A stretch of DNA of 54,955 bases from a virus (IMGVR_UViG_3300021335_000021:1-54955); one strand, 5' to 3'; shown: positions 39,301-46,446, counted from the stretch's first letter. Numbers and translations: made by a program. The notes: generated by a model from the sequence alone, not told the origin.

Positions 39301-39442
39301 AAATACACCAGCAGTTGGTGCAAAGATAAAAATTGTCAGAAGACAAGGAAAACGCTGGTCAGACCCAGGAATTTCACTTAATGATGCGGAAAGTTTGGTA
39401 GCACGTTTCTTTAAGGCGGAAAAGGTGGAGCTACCCAAATAA
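24344..39442 (+). CDS. Giant multidomain baseplate/virion protein (5032 aa; gp7-position)
   Basis: Uninterrupted ORF coupled to gp6 by TAATG. N-terminal LLPKYF..KFL, FG-GAP-like, CBM5/12-like, GSGY and GDGST repeats. Confidence 0.8.
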   Translation: MAQDESPIPVEGDTSKRKTANLLPKYFRTTANKKFLSSTIDQLMQPGVIEKVDGFVGRKDSKAFKASDNYLSDVSSDRENYQLEPVATITDNLGNTTFYRDYRDYVNSAKIRNANNIDHSLYNSQEYYAWQPHIDWDKFVNFREYYWLPSGPDEIPVFGTAKEVKSTFNVKRQDNVDNNSYIFGQENKVSNPTLTLYRGQEYTFDIDCIDMPFSIRTSNSIDDDSNLYNVGVSQQKVEQGSITWKIDLESPDTLYYTNGNDIEASGLFIIKDIRDNTQLDVGNEILGKKSYTMQDGYKLTNGMKVKFYGTITPAKYGEGNWYVEGVGESISLISESDLVITADYLTDVSTEFDAQGFSSLPFDDATSYAILKDYIVINRASNDGNQWSRYNKWTHKSVIENIAKINNVPVVLDQNYRATRPIIEFEAGLKLYNFGTNSKTSVDLVDTVTKDVFSDIEGQVGYFVDGVELVKGMRVLFTADPDSFVAGKIYEVNFISQNGTLQLALKETTDTTPLENETVLVKSGTNYKGKIFYYNGTTWKQTQDKIKVNQQPLFDLYNDAGTQLSTLESSTFSGNKIFSYKVGTGTNDTELGFPLSYRTIENSGDIVFDFNLLSDTYQYDELTDVFTVSTDTALLRRYTDRTTFTNVSGWTKAPTKSTQPVVKQETVGARTNNFIIDVYVNSGDLNDLEIKVYVNSVRKRETVDYTINRINNYAYVTFNKELTKNDKLVLKTKSSSKKRDNVGFYEFPINFEKNPQNENVTTFTLGEVLDHVDSIVDNVQGFEGIFPGVSNLRDLGNASKYGLKFVQHSGPINLALYNLTDKDFNSIEAMKYSGFAYIKFKREFLRTADELGFEGYDKVHVDRILSKLHANNTNTDAFYFSDMIPHGGDTKVRHMIEDESQTIFSLTRGIDYTVLSETAILAYLNEKQLLINKDYTVSTDGFLTLLNPPTGGDTLDIYEYVTTDGCWVPPTPTKLGLYPKFTPEIFLDDTYINISTDITGPWKVYGRDETTTASYKGNVGWFYPLYTDELSAQQADTVNGGSGVAHTHVFAGSNQVFYMPSSKMNHATIDSQLHEEYPNARAMIQGHDGSLWRCFGDFRDNLLLDIEKRIYNNLKLPYDENVLNIADYIPSKNRVTGFTRKQISKTMISEFNSWLETVGTPDYVTNNVYKAGDGFTYNYSSAGDPNNQTLTGFWRSIYKDFYNTDRPHSHPWEILGFKEKPTWFDDEYGQSPYTRNNLLLWEDLSKGIVRGAEGSKVTYRNKFKNEDIYNYIPVDDEGNLIPPNQTGYAVGNVPTTNANEFAFGDEGPVETAWRRSSHYPFSLMISWALNQPAQFFGLAFDRSRILRNGADQLVYKDTSKRIELDQLIFPNSATDDNRVFTAGIVNYMQGYLSDNDTLRFSEYKTNLKSIENKLGCKIGGFTQKSKFRLILDARTPTNEGNVFVPEENYKIQLTKSVPTQVYSYSGMIIEITPSGYIVKGYDKDNPVFKYYPVRRKNSDQVINVGGISENFLTWTEGKTYEAGQIVELSDNYYRVKISHTSGDGFNQDNFQKLAELPEEGGASAYISTNFSAVLEELPYGTLFRDKQDVVDLMMGYQKYLTSVGFNFETFNKDIEEIENWRLSAKEFLFWTTQNWESGTILTVSPSAREITFSQEYSVIDDIYDNFYDYSLLKADGKRLLADFATTERDNTNDFGIFVKNTEDGIFHLKLPLIQHEHAIIIDNKTVFGDVIYNRAQGYRQERIKVKGYRSDEWNGSYNIPGFIFDDANPTEWLAWQDYSIGALVKYKQYFYVAKNKVTGSDIFQDGNFLRLNEKPEQQLLPNFDYKAKQFADFYDLDSDNFDIEQQKLAQHATGYQKRKYLENIINDEVSQYKFFQGAIQDKGTKNVLTKLFDKLGSANKDSLEFFEEWAVRVGRYGATEGDDQFDIVLDETKYRQEPQQVELVNEIDPQDTSLIYRLARNDVYVKSKDYNHKPFPTKYFNEETSYTKTAGFVNPSDVSLSLLTYDDLLQQTNIATNSYIWTALDKSTQTWGVYKLESTDFRISNVTASDQNKFTITVDRSPNYAKGDIIGINDVSDATDGYYKVDSVSLNIITLESIDGEDVEATEDDAVVNGYVTEFKTARLPTLSKANDSLGISNLNNRLWVDDDDTGKWLVLENKEVFELKPNIINTSAGLLDSTEKDFGSAFSVSSNNNRIAITAPKDLNGSVYVFQRPSDNTDFGFLQQIDEQLFLFDSNGGFGQSVAMSPDGKYLAIGSPHASNVKSKLRGDFNPREAYAVGDIVLYSEQLWKADRSIDADALQVYSNHSSNAQSKENDYDSNTQTYPDIEYIVRGDYTLGTDESTDHILVRAEKEQFEGTKSGDILTLKWNKYTTTSSAGVLPFNGDATLTESFINGSHTIIDRVQHIIHIQSALSVPDAGTEITTDTCRATIQYRKVNNENEMTVYIKDVNGAFQGSGKIYAGGILIGDYVESLQITDDYHTGWWHIGVGSSFLSSNLVETKANLVIQNITVEGDTVNNPYFSNILDTKQLQNILNPTKVSEFGILSHTQGQSNIEVLDSKWWIRTPLAHGSSITVGDKTRLWLNTIRVNGLVQDPSAIGLTSTYINNTEHTVADIWNGYVEVRLTNFDLNGDPFIPNVGDTLTDTATGSTGEIAFIERSFSTAKIYIKNRNGTWAVGSDFGVNSNATFIEVDPTLGPATRTIGPINSAHMENTISGPIIVIDSAVNIPVVVSGANYLRDLEYWIYSDNTIQGITDVANPPSSINLDWKRQYNIPVVSEGYGTGLEEQGTFAIYEMKGVTYQLINYYTVPNSANNRKLGTKLKFVQPDSSSYKLYIHAEGDGTEANQGRIYFVNKNSIDDWALSVQKNYRGDFRVSATYFENEYVKFGETIYKANTNIVPGVFDVSQWTVQTSGLDLLGYVPNDTNFSLVESTLEQINLEAFGSDFDVSQKGEVLISNSMYTSVYEIESGDVVLGLDSSIANRKVVVYRQNGTNYEYSQILEPFNETEDFGLSIAVSNDGRKIAVGAPHNSDVSNNGGAVYIYIQSGDTFVYNQTLRPIDKSVNIQFGTKLDFDGDTLAVASRGGSMVESVTFDIHRDRKNSDLTTVDRYILDNKSQINPFATSFDNNSTIFQTIDQGSGVVSLYETVNNTLLYSQNFAYDLDTQDFGNRMAVNSNHVYIGLPKQQVPNSSILDKGLVAEYRKPANTTSWSITRKPIIPVDTSKFKGVYLYNKKTNGLLTYLDYIDPIQGKIAGPAEQEISFKTSYDPAKYSTSTDATITADTLDYTSNEWIGKLWWDIDSAKFINYHQGDISESTANFNTLFAGTNAKVHEWVESTLLPSEWDAQSSTADGVENGISGTSLYGDSVYSTRRTYDESSQTFETYYYYWVTNKATLPNVENRVTTAFDVARYIANPTQMGYRFVAMLSADRFALYNCSPFITDQDTAISFNWWTIENQEQPTHIQYQLISDGLETSIPNNEIEQKWFDSLVGFDKNDRPVPDINLPIKSRYGALNDPRQSWFINRAEARKQFFERVNNTLSKNLIVDEFDLTKLTGFDPSPTLATGLYDTTSDSNAELRFVSVARVKPASLTLEVENGVIINVLINDPGQGYINTPTYKITDTEGSGAELEFALDANGAISSVTIVNGGRDYTSSVNITVRKFAVLVKSDETVSGKWSVYEWNGTEYLRTLTQSYDINLYWQYRDWYATGYNKFTFVNYTVDSSYQIYALDDQIGDIVKINSVGTGGWLLLRKISNLDTQDYTLSYETIGRQSGTIEFKNSLYDTNSSNTAFDGASFDKIFYDTEPDTEFRKILEILKSDIFIDNLAVHWNELFFASIRYVLSEQPNVDWLFKTSFVKAKHNIGELEQKVTFQNDNLPSYQDYVEEMKPYKTKIREYLSSYEKIDPASNVITDFDLSPYYDEQEGKIIPQSVQVINDQVVPGVSDIQNYPSKHWLDNLGFEVISFSIADPGSGYEVPPKIIISGGGGTGATAEAFIGTGGKVTSIKVTNTGSGYLTRPTIQVVGSFGDTGSIARLSPIIGKGKARSAHIRCKFDRVTGTYLFQTLNETQTFTSTVDQQIFNLKWPMQLKSTQITVTVDGLEALRSEYTFSNVTDTAKGFTRSYGRITFSNALSVNKTIVITYNKAPELLQAQDRINLYYNPTTGMYGNDLAQLIEGVDYGGVEVSSFDFGTGTGWDSDGWFTTTYDTFDTTFEDEIFQIGDDSTRVLNFASPLVANTVYNVYKNGVRLDDPNFGTANPVTNTAAVMQSVTGAGQTGVALYDDAGDLASSIIVFDEDNIPLGSGDILVFRKTTSDGSFLPDPRSYDTVLTGGDFAFSTARGINPEEIIVDGDDFISPTTSKGPEEQVPGQVLDAVNIRVFHRPKDGGSILSSNSYRTTGIDRTFEFGIQPQNKEGLIVRLNDTILAQSLYKVDYRLKTVTLNTTPTANQDVNIICISGNGKNAIEQSEFRGDGSTTAYVTKIHYTKDLDYYATVNGEAVESVITSSGDSTDEDPKAMIVFGVAPPDNSVINFAIYTSVDSFSKIETSEFTGDGSTKVFTLNKTPYSAKPNSHNVIVKQGNKILNPGYNQQFPVTALQREYYLEIWQTPIGSFDNSDLLVLLNGKELTIAVEYNIRPANSSVILEPGIGAEGDILEVYLRTDGEYAFGSIQIINNQNTWVDSGASLQLTTAPTDGEKLTVYTFNKHDSMDFERQNFDIVTRSTIAVGTDDHIQFNHIKAGLVKLRYPAIDAQYVWLTINGILQTPSVDYKLTDDKNFLKYKGSFADDDVVEVIQFSATGEITPKFGFSQFKDILNRNIYKRLGDVAPLKLAKDLATFDKEILLDDASALSTPDKNSSQPGILFINGERIEYLIKQGNVLRQIQRGTLGTGVASLHEAGSDVYNQGPNQTAPYADQTLIDEQIGDGSTTVFPLAFTPTSVNEFEVFVAGKRLRKNAVQMFNPVLDQDSPEADETAPAEFSVDGTTASVTLLNTPAVGAKIKIVRRQGKRWSDPGISLNDAESLVARFFKAEKVELPK

Positions 39443-39445
39443 ATA
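39440..39445 (+). promoter_or_regulatory. Late promoter
   Basis: AATAAATA overlapping the stop codon of the giant ORF, followed by an AGGA SD. Confidence 0.55.
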
Positions 39446-39462
39446 CAGTATAGGACAAAGGT

Positions 39463-40074
39463 ATGATTGACAACATAAAAGAAGAAAACGGAGTAATGCT
39501 CCAAGGACATATTAAAATTTCTAACCCTGAAACGGGCGAAATTATAGTCGATAAACGTAATGCTATCCACTATGAAAACATGAGTATTTCGCTTGCAGAA
39601 AGTTTAGCTAATGCAGGACAAGGTACTATCTATCAAATGGCGTTTGGCAACGGAGGAACTAGTATTGACCCTACTGGAATTATTACATACCTAACACCTA
39701 ACAGTACAGGTACTAATGCTAGTCTTTATAACCAAACATTTATTAAGGTTGTTGACGATAGAAGTGTTAATAACACAGACCCAGCAAGAAACAAGATTGA
39801 ATCAAGACACGTAAGTGGTACTAACTATACAGATATTGTTGTTAGTTGTTTGCTTGATTATGGTGAACCTTCAGGTCAGGATGCAGTTGATAACGCAACT
39901 GCCGCTGATAGTTTATATGTATTTGATGAACTAGGCTTAGTAAGTTATAGCCCATCAGGTCAAGGTAGACTGTTAACACATGTAATTTTCCACCCAGTAC
40001 AAAAGAGTTTGAATAGACTTATTCAAATTGATTATACTGTGCGTGTACAAAGTTTATCGGGGTTTAACGAATAA
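39463..40074 (+). CDS. Baseplate/tail-fibre attachment structural protein
   Basis: MAFGNGG...FDELGL...LLTHVIFHPVQKS..IQIDY resembles fibre-proximal baseplate domains; positional context agrees. Confidence 0.6.
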   Translation: MIDNIKEENGVMLQGHIKISNPETGEIIVDKRNAIHYENMSISLAESLANAGQGTIYQMAFGNGGTSIDPTGIITYLTPNSTGTNASLYNQTFIKVVDDRSVNNTDPARNKIESRHVSGTNYTDIVVSCLLDYGEPSGQDAVDNATAADSLYVFDELGLVSYSPSGQGRLLTHVIFHPVQKSLNRLIQIDYTVRVQSLSGFNE

Positions 40075-42155
40075 TGGCATATACAATTAACTACTCAGAC
40101 ACTAACAAGGGAACTATCTCTATTGAAGATAGTACAATTAATCAGCAAACAAGTCTAGATATTCCTGGACGTAACACTACTAGTTATGGGTCAGTTATTG
40201 CAAACAGTTTTTTAAATTTACTAGAAAATTTTGCTAATACATCAGCACCAAGAAATCCAATCCAAGGACAGTTATGGTACGATAGTTCAACAGGTATTGA
40301 TACACTTAAACTATACGACGGTACAGGTTGGGTTAATGCTAGTGGACTTAAAAAAGGAAACACAGCACCAGATGTTGCTAATGCACTACAAGGTGACCTT
40401 TGGTCAGATACTGATAATAATCAGTTATATATTTTTACAGGTAGTGGATGGACACTAGTTGGACCAGAATATAGTGATGGTTTGTTAACAGGTGCAAAGC
40501 CAGTTGTTGTTACAGGTAAAGACGAAGTGCTTTATACTATTCTACAATTAGAAGTGGGTGGTGCGCCGATAGCAATTTATTCAACAAGATCATTCCAACC
40601 TAAAACAACAATCCCAGGATTTACAATTATTCAGCCTGGATTAAACTTATCTTCAGCAAATATCGGCGGCGACGGCGTAGGAAAATATTTTGGTACAAGT
40701 GAAAAAGCAGAAAGTTTAGTTGTTTCAGGCGCGGCAGTTAGAGCATCTAACTTTTTAAGAAGTGATGTTGCAAGTACATCATCACAAAAATTAACAATTA
40801 GTAATAACTCAGGTATACAAGTAGGACAGGATGCTATTGTTACATTTGACGTACAAGGTACATCAGGAGTTGTAACTAACTTAACATCAGGTGCACCTAT
40901 TGACTTTAAGGTTAATAACTTAGGTGTACAGAAAAACGTTATTAGAATCGACTCAACTGAAAAAGTTGGTATTAATACACTATCACCTGCAGAGGCATTA
41001 GATGTTGCAGGATCAATACAAACAAGTACAAACTTAATTGTACAAGGTACAACAGATAGTGCAAGTATTGGAACTGGAGCAGTTAAAATTAGCGGCGGAG
41101 TTGGTATTGCTAAGAAACTATTTGTAGGTACAGATTTAAGTGTTGCAGGATCAAGCACAGTTGGAGCAATAACACCTATATCGACACAACAATATTCATT
41201 AGGAACTAGTGATAAACGTTGGTCAACTGTACATGCTGTAGAATTTAGAGGTAACTTAATTGGTAATATTACAGGTACAGTTACAGGTGGAGCGGCAAAT
41301 GCTAATAAACTTACAAGTGCATCAACATTCCAACTATCCGGAGATGTAAGTTCTAATCAAATTACATTTGATGGACAAGTTGGTGGAACTACAAAAACAT
41401 TTAACACAGCAATTAGTAATACATTTATTGCAAATAAAACACTTGCTACAACACCTAACAGTGATGATGAAATTATTATTAACAGAATTTCAGGTGATGA
41501 TACAGGTGTATTTAAAATTTCACAAGCGGCACTAGTTAGTAGTGTTCCTGTTATACCAATTGGTACTATTGTACCGTTTGGCGGAGTTAACACTCCAGCA
41601 GGTTGGTTATTGTGTGATGGTACAGAAGTTAGAATTTCTGATTACTTGAGCTTATATAATAGTATACAATATCAATTTAAAGATCAAAGCCAAGTTACAT
41701 CAGGGTTCTTTGGTCTACCAGATTTTAGAGGTAGATTCCCACTAGGTGCAGATAACATGGGCGGTTCAAGTGCAAACAGAGTTACAGACGTTAACGCTGA
41801 TACAGTAGGACTAGCATCAGGTGTTGAAAGCAGAGCAATTGATGTTAAAAACCTACCAGAACACGAACATGATTTGAGATCACCAAAAGGTGCTCAGTTC
41901 TATGTAATACTTGATGATAGTGGCGCACAACAAGATGCTGACACTATTCCATATGATGCACCAACAGGATCAGGCGCAGGTCAAGCAAGAACTTCAAGTG
42001 GTGGACTACTTAACAGAAGAAACATTGTTTATAATAGTAATACAGGACTAGAAGAATTTGAAACGTTTGATATTACAGAACTTGGAACTCCGTATAATGT
42101 TATGAATCCGTTCTTAACAGTCAAATATATTATCTATACAGGAGTAGGGGGCTAA
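40074..42155 (+). CDS. Tail fibre protein with tail-collar domain
   Basis: PIGTIVPFGG..TPAGWLLCDG...LPDFRGRF and NLPEHEH...MNPFLTVKYII collar motifs. Confidence 0.85.
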   Translation: MAYTINYSDTNKGTISIEDSTINQQTSLDIPGRNTTSYGSVIANSFLNLLENFANTSAPRNPIQGQLWYDSSTGIDTLKLYDGTGWVNASGLKKGNTAPDVANALQGDLWSDTDNNQLYIFTGSGWTLVGPEYSDGLLTGAKPVVVTGKDEVLYTILQLEVGGAPIAIYSTRSFQPKTTIPGFTIIQPGLNLSSANIGGDGVGKYFGTSEKAESLVVSGAAVRASNFLRSDVASTSSQKLTISNNSGIQVGQDAIVTFDVQGTSGVVTNLTSGAPIDFKVNNLGVQKNVIRIDSTEKVGINTLSPAEALDVAGSIQTSTNLIVQGTTDSASIGTGAVKISGGVGIAKKLFVGTDLSVAGSSTVGAITPISTQQYSLGTSDKRWSTVHAVEFRGNLIGNITGTVTGGAANANKLTSASTFQLSGDVSSNQITFDGQVGGTTKTFNTAISNTFIANKTLATTPNSDDEIIINRISGDDTGVFKISQAALVSSVPVIPIGTIVPFGGVNTPAGWLLCDGTEVRISDYLSLYNSIQYQFKDQSQVTSGFFGLPDFRGRFPLGADNMGGSSANRVTDVNADTVGLASGVESRAIDVKNLPEHEHDLRSPKGAQFYVILDDSGAQQDADTIPYDAPTGSGAGQARTSSGGLLNRRNIVYNSNTGLEEFETFDITELGTPYNVMNPFLTVKYIIYTGVGG

Positions 42156-42156
42156 T

Positions 42157-43998
42157 ATGGCATATCAAATTAATAAGACTAGCGGTGCATTACTTGTTAA
42201 CCTAGCAGATGGGCAGATTGACGTAGCAACTACTGATATCACACTAATTGGTAAAAACTATACAGGATTTGGCGAAAGCATAAACGAAAACTTTGTTAAG
42301 ATGTTGGAAAATTTTGCTAACGTTTCTTCTCCGGCTAATCCGCTTGCAGGACAAATTTGGTGGGATACATCAAATAGTAGACTAAAAGTTTACACAGGCA
42401 CTGACTGGACAACAGGTGGTGGACCTATTGTGCAACCTACTCAACCTACAATGGTTGCAGGTGATATGTGGATTAACAATGATGCTAATCAACTTTACTT
42501 CTTTGACGGCACAGATTTAGAATTAGCAGGCCCGATTTACAATGCTTTCCAAGGAAAGTCAGGACCTGAAGTTATTACTGTACTAGATAATACAGGTACA
42601 AGTAGAACTATTGTAAAATATTGGGTAGGCGGAACATTTGTTGGATTATGGAGTAAGGTTGCATTTACACCACAAAACGTGGATACTATTGCAGGGTTTA
42701 CAGGCAATGTTGTTAAAGGATTTAATACAGTTGATGAAGATTTTATTTTTGCTGGTACAGCATCAAAAACATCAGCACTAGTTGATAGTAATAATGTATC
42801 AAGAACAGCGGCACAGTTTCTTGCAAGTGACTCAGACGATGCAACATCGGGTGCATTAACAGTTAGAAACAATAACGGACTTACAGTAGGACTTACAGAT
42901 AACAACGTTGTTAAAGTAACATCAGAAGGTGTTATTAACGAAAACAATGTTAGTAATCAAAACTATACATTTAGAATGACTACAAGTGTCGGCAAGACTG
43001 ATGCAATGACAATTGATTCTGCAAACAGTAGGATTGGTATTTACAATACAAGCCCAACACAAACATTAGACGTAGGTGGTAACTTACGTGTTGCAGGAAA
43101 TTTAATTGTTGATGGAGATACAACTAGTATTGACGTACAAAAATTATTAGTTAGAGATAAAAGCATTGAATTAGCAAAAGGCGATGACAGTACACTATTA
43201 GATGATGCAGGAGTAGACGAAGCTGGTATTACAGTAGCATCTTCCAATGGTTCAAAAGAGTTTTTATGGCGTAATGCAACAAATGCATGGACATCTAATG
43301 TAAGTCTTAACTTAACAGGTGCAAGTTCACTTAAATTTAATGGTGTAGATATTATTACTGGATCAGCAGGTGTTGGTATTACTAGTATTGGCGCATTAAC
43401 ATCAGCTAATATTGGTAGTTTTAGTTTTACAGGCGGTAACAATCTAACTACAACAACAGTTGATGGTAGTGGTAACGGCATGAATATTACAGCGGCTGGT
43501 AATATCAACTTAGTAACAGCAAGACAGATTAGAAATGTAAGTGATCCAACAGCAGATCAAGACGTAGCAACTAAAGCCTATGTTGATAGTAGTATTAATT
43601 TAGAAGTAATAGCACTAGCATTAGACGTTACAGGGCTAGGAACAGGTGGATCTGTACAACAGCATACAAATATTGCTACAATTTTGAATGATATTGCTCC
43701 TGCATCTACAAAACAGAACGGAACAGAAGCTAGAGTACACTGTTCAACAACAACAGGTGCTACAGCTACGCTAACAGGATCAGCTTTGAACACAGCGTTT
43801 AACGAAAGTACAGTATTAGTTCAACAAAAAGACAACAGCGGCAACGATGATGGGTCGGTAAGTGTAATTCAAAGTGCTACATTTAATGATGCTACTGGTA
43901 ATATTACATCTACAGTAACAAGAACACTTAAATTATTTAGGGTAAGTTCGGGATCATGGGGTTATGTACAAGACTTGACTCCAGGCGCTTTGGTATAA
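42157..43998 (+). CDS. Tail fibre-like protein (paralogue 2)
   Basis: Shares the N-terminal MAYxIN...GKNY.G.GE..NENF..LENFA...GQIWWD domain; contains DPTADQDVATKAYVD. Confidence 0.75.
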   Translation: MAYQINKTSGALLVNLADGQIDVATTDITLIGKNYTGFGESINENFVKMLENFANVSSPANPLAGQIWWDTSNSRLKVYTGTDWTTGGGPIVQPTQPTMVAGDMWINNDANQLYFFDGTDLELAGPIYNAFQGKSGPEVITVLDNTGTSRTIVKYWVGGTFVGLWSKVAFTPQNVDTIAGFTGNVVKGFNTVDEDFIFAGTASKTSALVDSNNVSRTAAQFLASDSDDATSGALTVRNNNGLTVGLTDNNVVKVTSEGVINENNVSNQNYTFRMTTSVGKTDAMTIDSANSRIGIYNTSPTQTLDVGGNLRVAGNLIVDGDTTSIDVQKLLVRDKSIELAKGDDSTLLDDAGVDEAGITVASSNGSKEFLWRNATNAWTSNVSLNLTGASSLKFNGVDIITGSAGVGITSIGALTSANIGSFSFTGGNNLTTTTVDGSGNGMNITAAGNINLVTARQIRNVSDPTADQDVATKAYVDSSINLEVIALALDVTGLGTGGSVQQHTNIATILNDIAPASTKQNGTEARVHCSTTTGATATLTGSALNTAFNESTVLVQQKDNSGNDDGSVSVIQSATFNDATGNITSTVTRTLKLFRVSSGSWGYVQDLTPGALV

Positions 43999-44001
43999 AT
44001 A
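43994..44001 (+). promoter_or_regulatory. Late promoter TATAAATA (perfect)
   Basis: Exact T4 late consensus upstream of ATG 44028. Confidence 0.8.
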
Positions 44002-44027
44002 CATATAACACAATTAGGGGTTAATAA

Positions 44028-45503
44028 ATGGCATACGTAATAAATTTAACAAATGGAGGGTCGTTAGTTACTGTTGAAGACGGCACCATTGACCAGAGTA
44101 CTTCACTTAAATTAGTAGGTAAGAACTATGCTGGTTATGGTGAGATACAGAACGAAAACTTTATCCATTTACTAGAGAGTTTTTCTAGTGGTAATCAACC
44201 AGCAGGTCCACTATCTGGACAGATTTGGTTTGATAGTTCAGTAAAAAAACTAAAGTTCTACGATGGAACAAAATTCAGAACAACAGGTGGCGCAGAAGTT
44301 GCTACTACACAACCAGTTGGATTAACGACAGGTGATTTTTGGTGGGATAGCGGAAACAATCAGTTATATGCACAAAACGCAGACGGTGGATTTGTCCTAA
44401 TTGGTCCACAGTCAATCGGCGAAACAGTAAGTGCTATGGTAACTGCACAAGTACGTGATTCCAGCCAAGTAAACAGAACTATAATTAAGGGTACTGTTGA
44501 TGACGGTGTTGTGTTTATTGTTAGTAATTCAGAATTTACAATAGATACTACAGATCCAGCTAATGCCATTACTGGATTTGACGTAGTAAGACAAGGTGTA
44601 ACATTAAGAAATACAACTAGTGCGGCAAATGGTATCACAAGTTCAGCACACAGGTTCCATGGTACAGCAACAAACGCAGAAAAACTTGGCGGCGTAGCGG
44701 CGGCAGATTATGCTCTTGCAGGCGCGGCAAACTTTTCAAGCATTGTTAGATTTGCTGATTCTGGATTCACAGTAGGCGCGGCAAATGACTTAGCAGTGTA
44801 TATTGATCCTCTAGGAGCAGGTAACGAAGGTGTTATTGATAATACGGTAGGACAAAAGATTAGGTTTAAAGTTGCATCACCAGGTGGCGTTTCAACAGAA
44901 CCATTCCATATTCAGTCAGCAGGATTAATTCCAACTACAACAGCAACTTATGATATTGGTGATTCAAACTACAAATGGAGAAACATGTATGCAACTTCAT
45001 TTAATGGGTTAGCAACACAAGCGATTGCACTTCAAGTTGGCAGTAATTATAGAACAGGTGACGTAAACGCAACAAACAACACAGTTGCAGTACGTGACTC
45101 AAGCGGTAATATTGCCGCAAATGTGTTTAACGGTGTATCAACAAGTGCAAGATATGCTGACTTAGCAGAAAAATATACAACAGACCAAGAGTATCCAGTA
45201 GGTACAGCAATGGCAGTAGGCGGAGAAGCCGAAACTACAGCGGCTAAATCAAGTTCAATGGCAATTGGTGTTATATCAGCAGAACCTGCATACTTAATGA
45301 ACAGCGAAGCAGAAGGTCAAGCAATTGGTTTAAAAGGTCGTGTTCCAGTAAGAGTAAAAGGTACTGTATCAAAAGGTGAAGCAGTTTATGCTTGGGAAGA
45401 CGGAGTATGTTCAACAGTACAAACTACAGCATTAGTTGGTATTGCACTAGAAGCTAGTGATGATGAGTCAGAAAAGTTAATCGAGTGTGTACTTAAAGTA
45501 TAA
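44028..45503 (+). CDS. Tail fibre-like protein (paralogue 3) with C-terminal autocleaving chaperone-like domain
   Basis: Same N-terminal domain. C-terminal YADLAEKY...GVIS..PAYLMN...GLKGRVPVRV resembles peptidase G2-type intramolecular chaperones. Confidence 0.7.
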   Translation: MAYVINLTNGGSLVTVEDGTIDQSTSLKLVGKNYAGYGEIQNENFIHLLESFSSGNQPAGPLSGQIWFDSSVKKLKFYDGTKFRTTGGAEVATTQPVGLTTGDFWWDSGNNQLYAQNADGGFVLIGPQSIGETVSAMVTAQVRDSSQVNRTIIKGTVDDGVVFIVSNSEFTIDTTDPANAITGFDVVRQGVTLRNTTSAANGITSSAHRFHGTATNAEKLGGVAAADYALAGAANFSSIVRFADSGFTVGAANDLAVYIDPLGAGNEGVIDNTVGQKIRFKVASPGGVSTEPFHIQSAGLIPTTTATYDIGDSNYKWRNMYATSFNGLATQAIALQVGSNYRTGDVNATNNTVAVRDSSGNIAANVFNGVSTSARYADLAEKYTTDQEYPVGTAMAVGGEAETTAAKSSSMAIGVISAEPAYLMNSEAEGQAIGLKGRVPVRVKGTVSKGEAVYAWEDGVCSTVQTTALVGIALEASDDESEKLIECVLKV

Positions 45504-45522
45504 GTATTAAAAAGGAAGTATT

Positions 45523-46437
45523 ATGGCAGTAGGCGATACAATTACCGCGGCGCGGTACAACATTATTCAAGCAAGAATAGCGGCAGTTATTGGATTAGGT
45601 TCTGGTGATGAAGGATATGGACAAGCTAGAGCAAGTAGTACAGCGGCAGTAGGTGCAACAATTACAGCACAAGATATGACTAATTTGTTTACTGATATGA
45701 CAAAAATTAGACTACACCAAACAGGAAGTGTACCATCAGAAATTGCACAACCTAGTGTCGGTGATACAGTTGAAGATTCAAACTCAACTTCAAAAGAAGG
45801 CTATGTACAGTACGAAAGTTTAAGTACAACATGCCAAGCATCAAGATTAACAGCGGCCGCAAGTCAATTAGGACTACAAGCAGGTACAAGCAGTCAAAGA
45901 ACAGCAAGTTGGTCAACAGATATTAACCATATTTTTACAGTTACCTTTGGTGGATACTCTGTAACTAACGGAGATGGTTCAACAACTACAGTTAGCGGCG
46001 CAGATCATATGCGTGTATTTTTTAATGCAGGCGGAACAATTAATTTAAGCGGCACTATTGGGTCGGGTAGTACAACTATTAATAATGACTGGCGTAATTT
46101 AATGACATCAGTAGGAACAGTAATTTTTGGAAGATCAACTACAAGCAACGGATCAGTAGGTACAAACTACGGTTATTCAAACTTACCAACAGGATATACT
46201 ACTATCTTTAATAAAACAGCATCAGCTTATTCAGCAAACGATTATCTAATCGAAGCCCAGAAGAACGGTAACGTTTTAACCTTTAGAGTAACATTTAACG
46301 AAGATAAAGGTCCTAATCCAAACTTTGACGAAGCTGTTACAGCAACTACAACAAGTACAGTACAGTTAAATAGACCAAACAACGCAAGCAGTGTAAACAT
46401 TGCGGCGCCAACTTTCGCCAACACAAACAACCTATAA
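45523..46437 (+). CDS. Virion structural protein (Ser/Thr/Gly-rich beta protein)
   Basis: TATAAGTA (45499-45506) upstream; RVFFNAGG motif; follows the fibre genes. Confidence 0.65.
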   Translation: MAVGDTITAARYNIIQARIAAVIGLGSGDEGYGQARASSTAAVGATITAQDMTNLFTDMTKIRLHQTGSVPSEIAQPSVGDTVEDSNSTSKEGYVQYESLSTTCQASRLTAAASQLGLQAGTSSQRTASWSTDINHIFTVTFGGYSVTNGDGSTTTVSGADHMRVFFNAGGTINLSGTIGSGSTTINNDWRNLMTSVGTVIFGRSTTSNGSVGTNYGYSNLPTGYTTIFNKTASAYSANDYLIEAQKNGNVLTFRVTFNEDKGPNPNFDEAVTATTTSTVQLNRPNNASSVNIAAPTFANTNNL

Positions 46438-46440
46438 GAT

Positions 46441-46446
46441 TAAATA
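46441..46446 (+). promoter_or_regulatory. Late promoter heading the glycosylation-like cluster
   Basis: TTAAATA followed by the AGGAG SD and ATG 46474. Confidence 0.55.

Noticed and set aside
24344-39442. Intein or intron within the giant ORF
   Set aside because: No C...HN splice-junction or LAGLIDADG motifs noticed, and the frame is uninterrupted.
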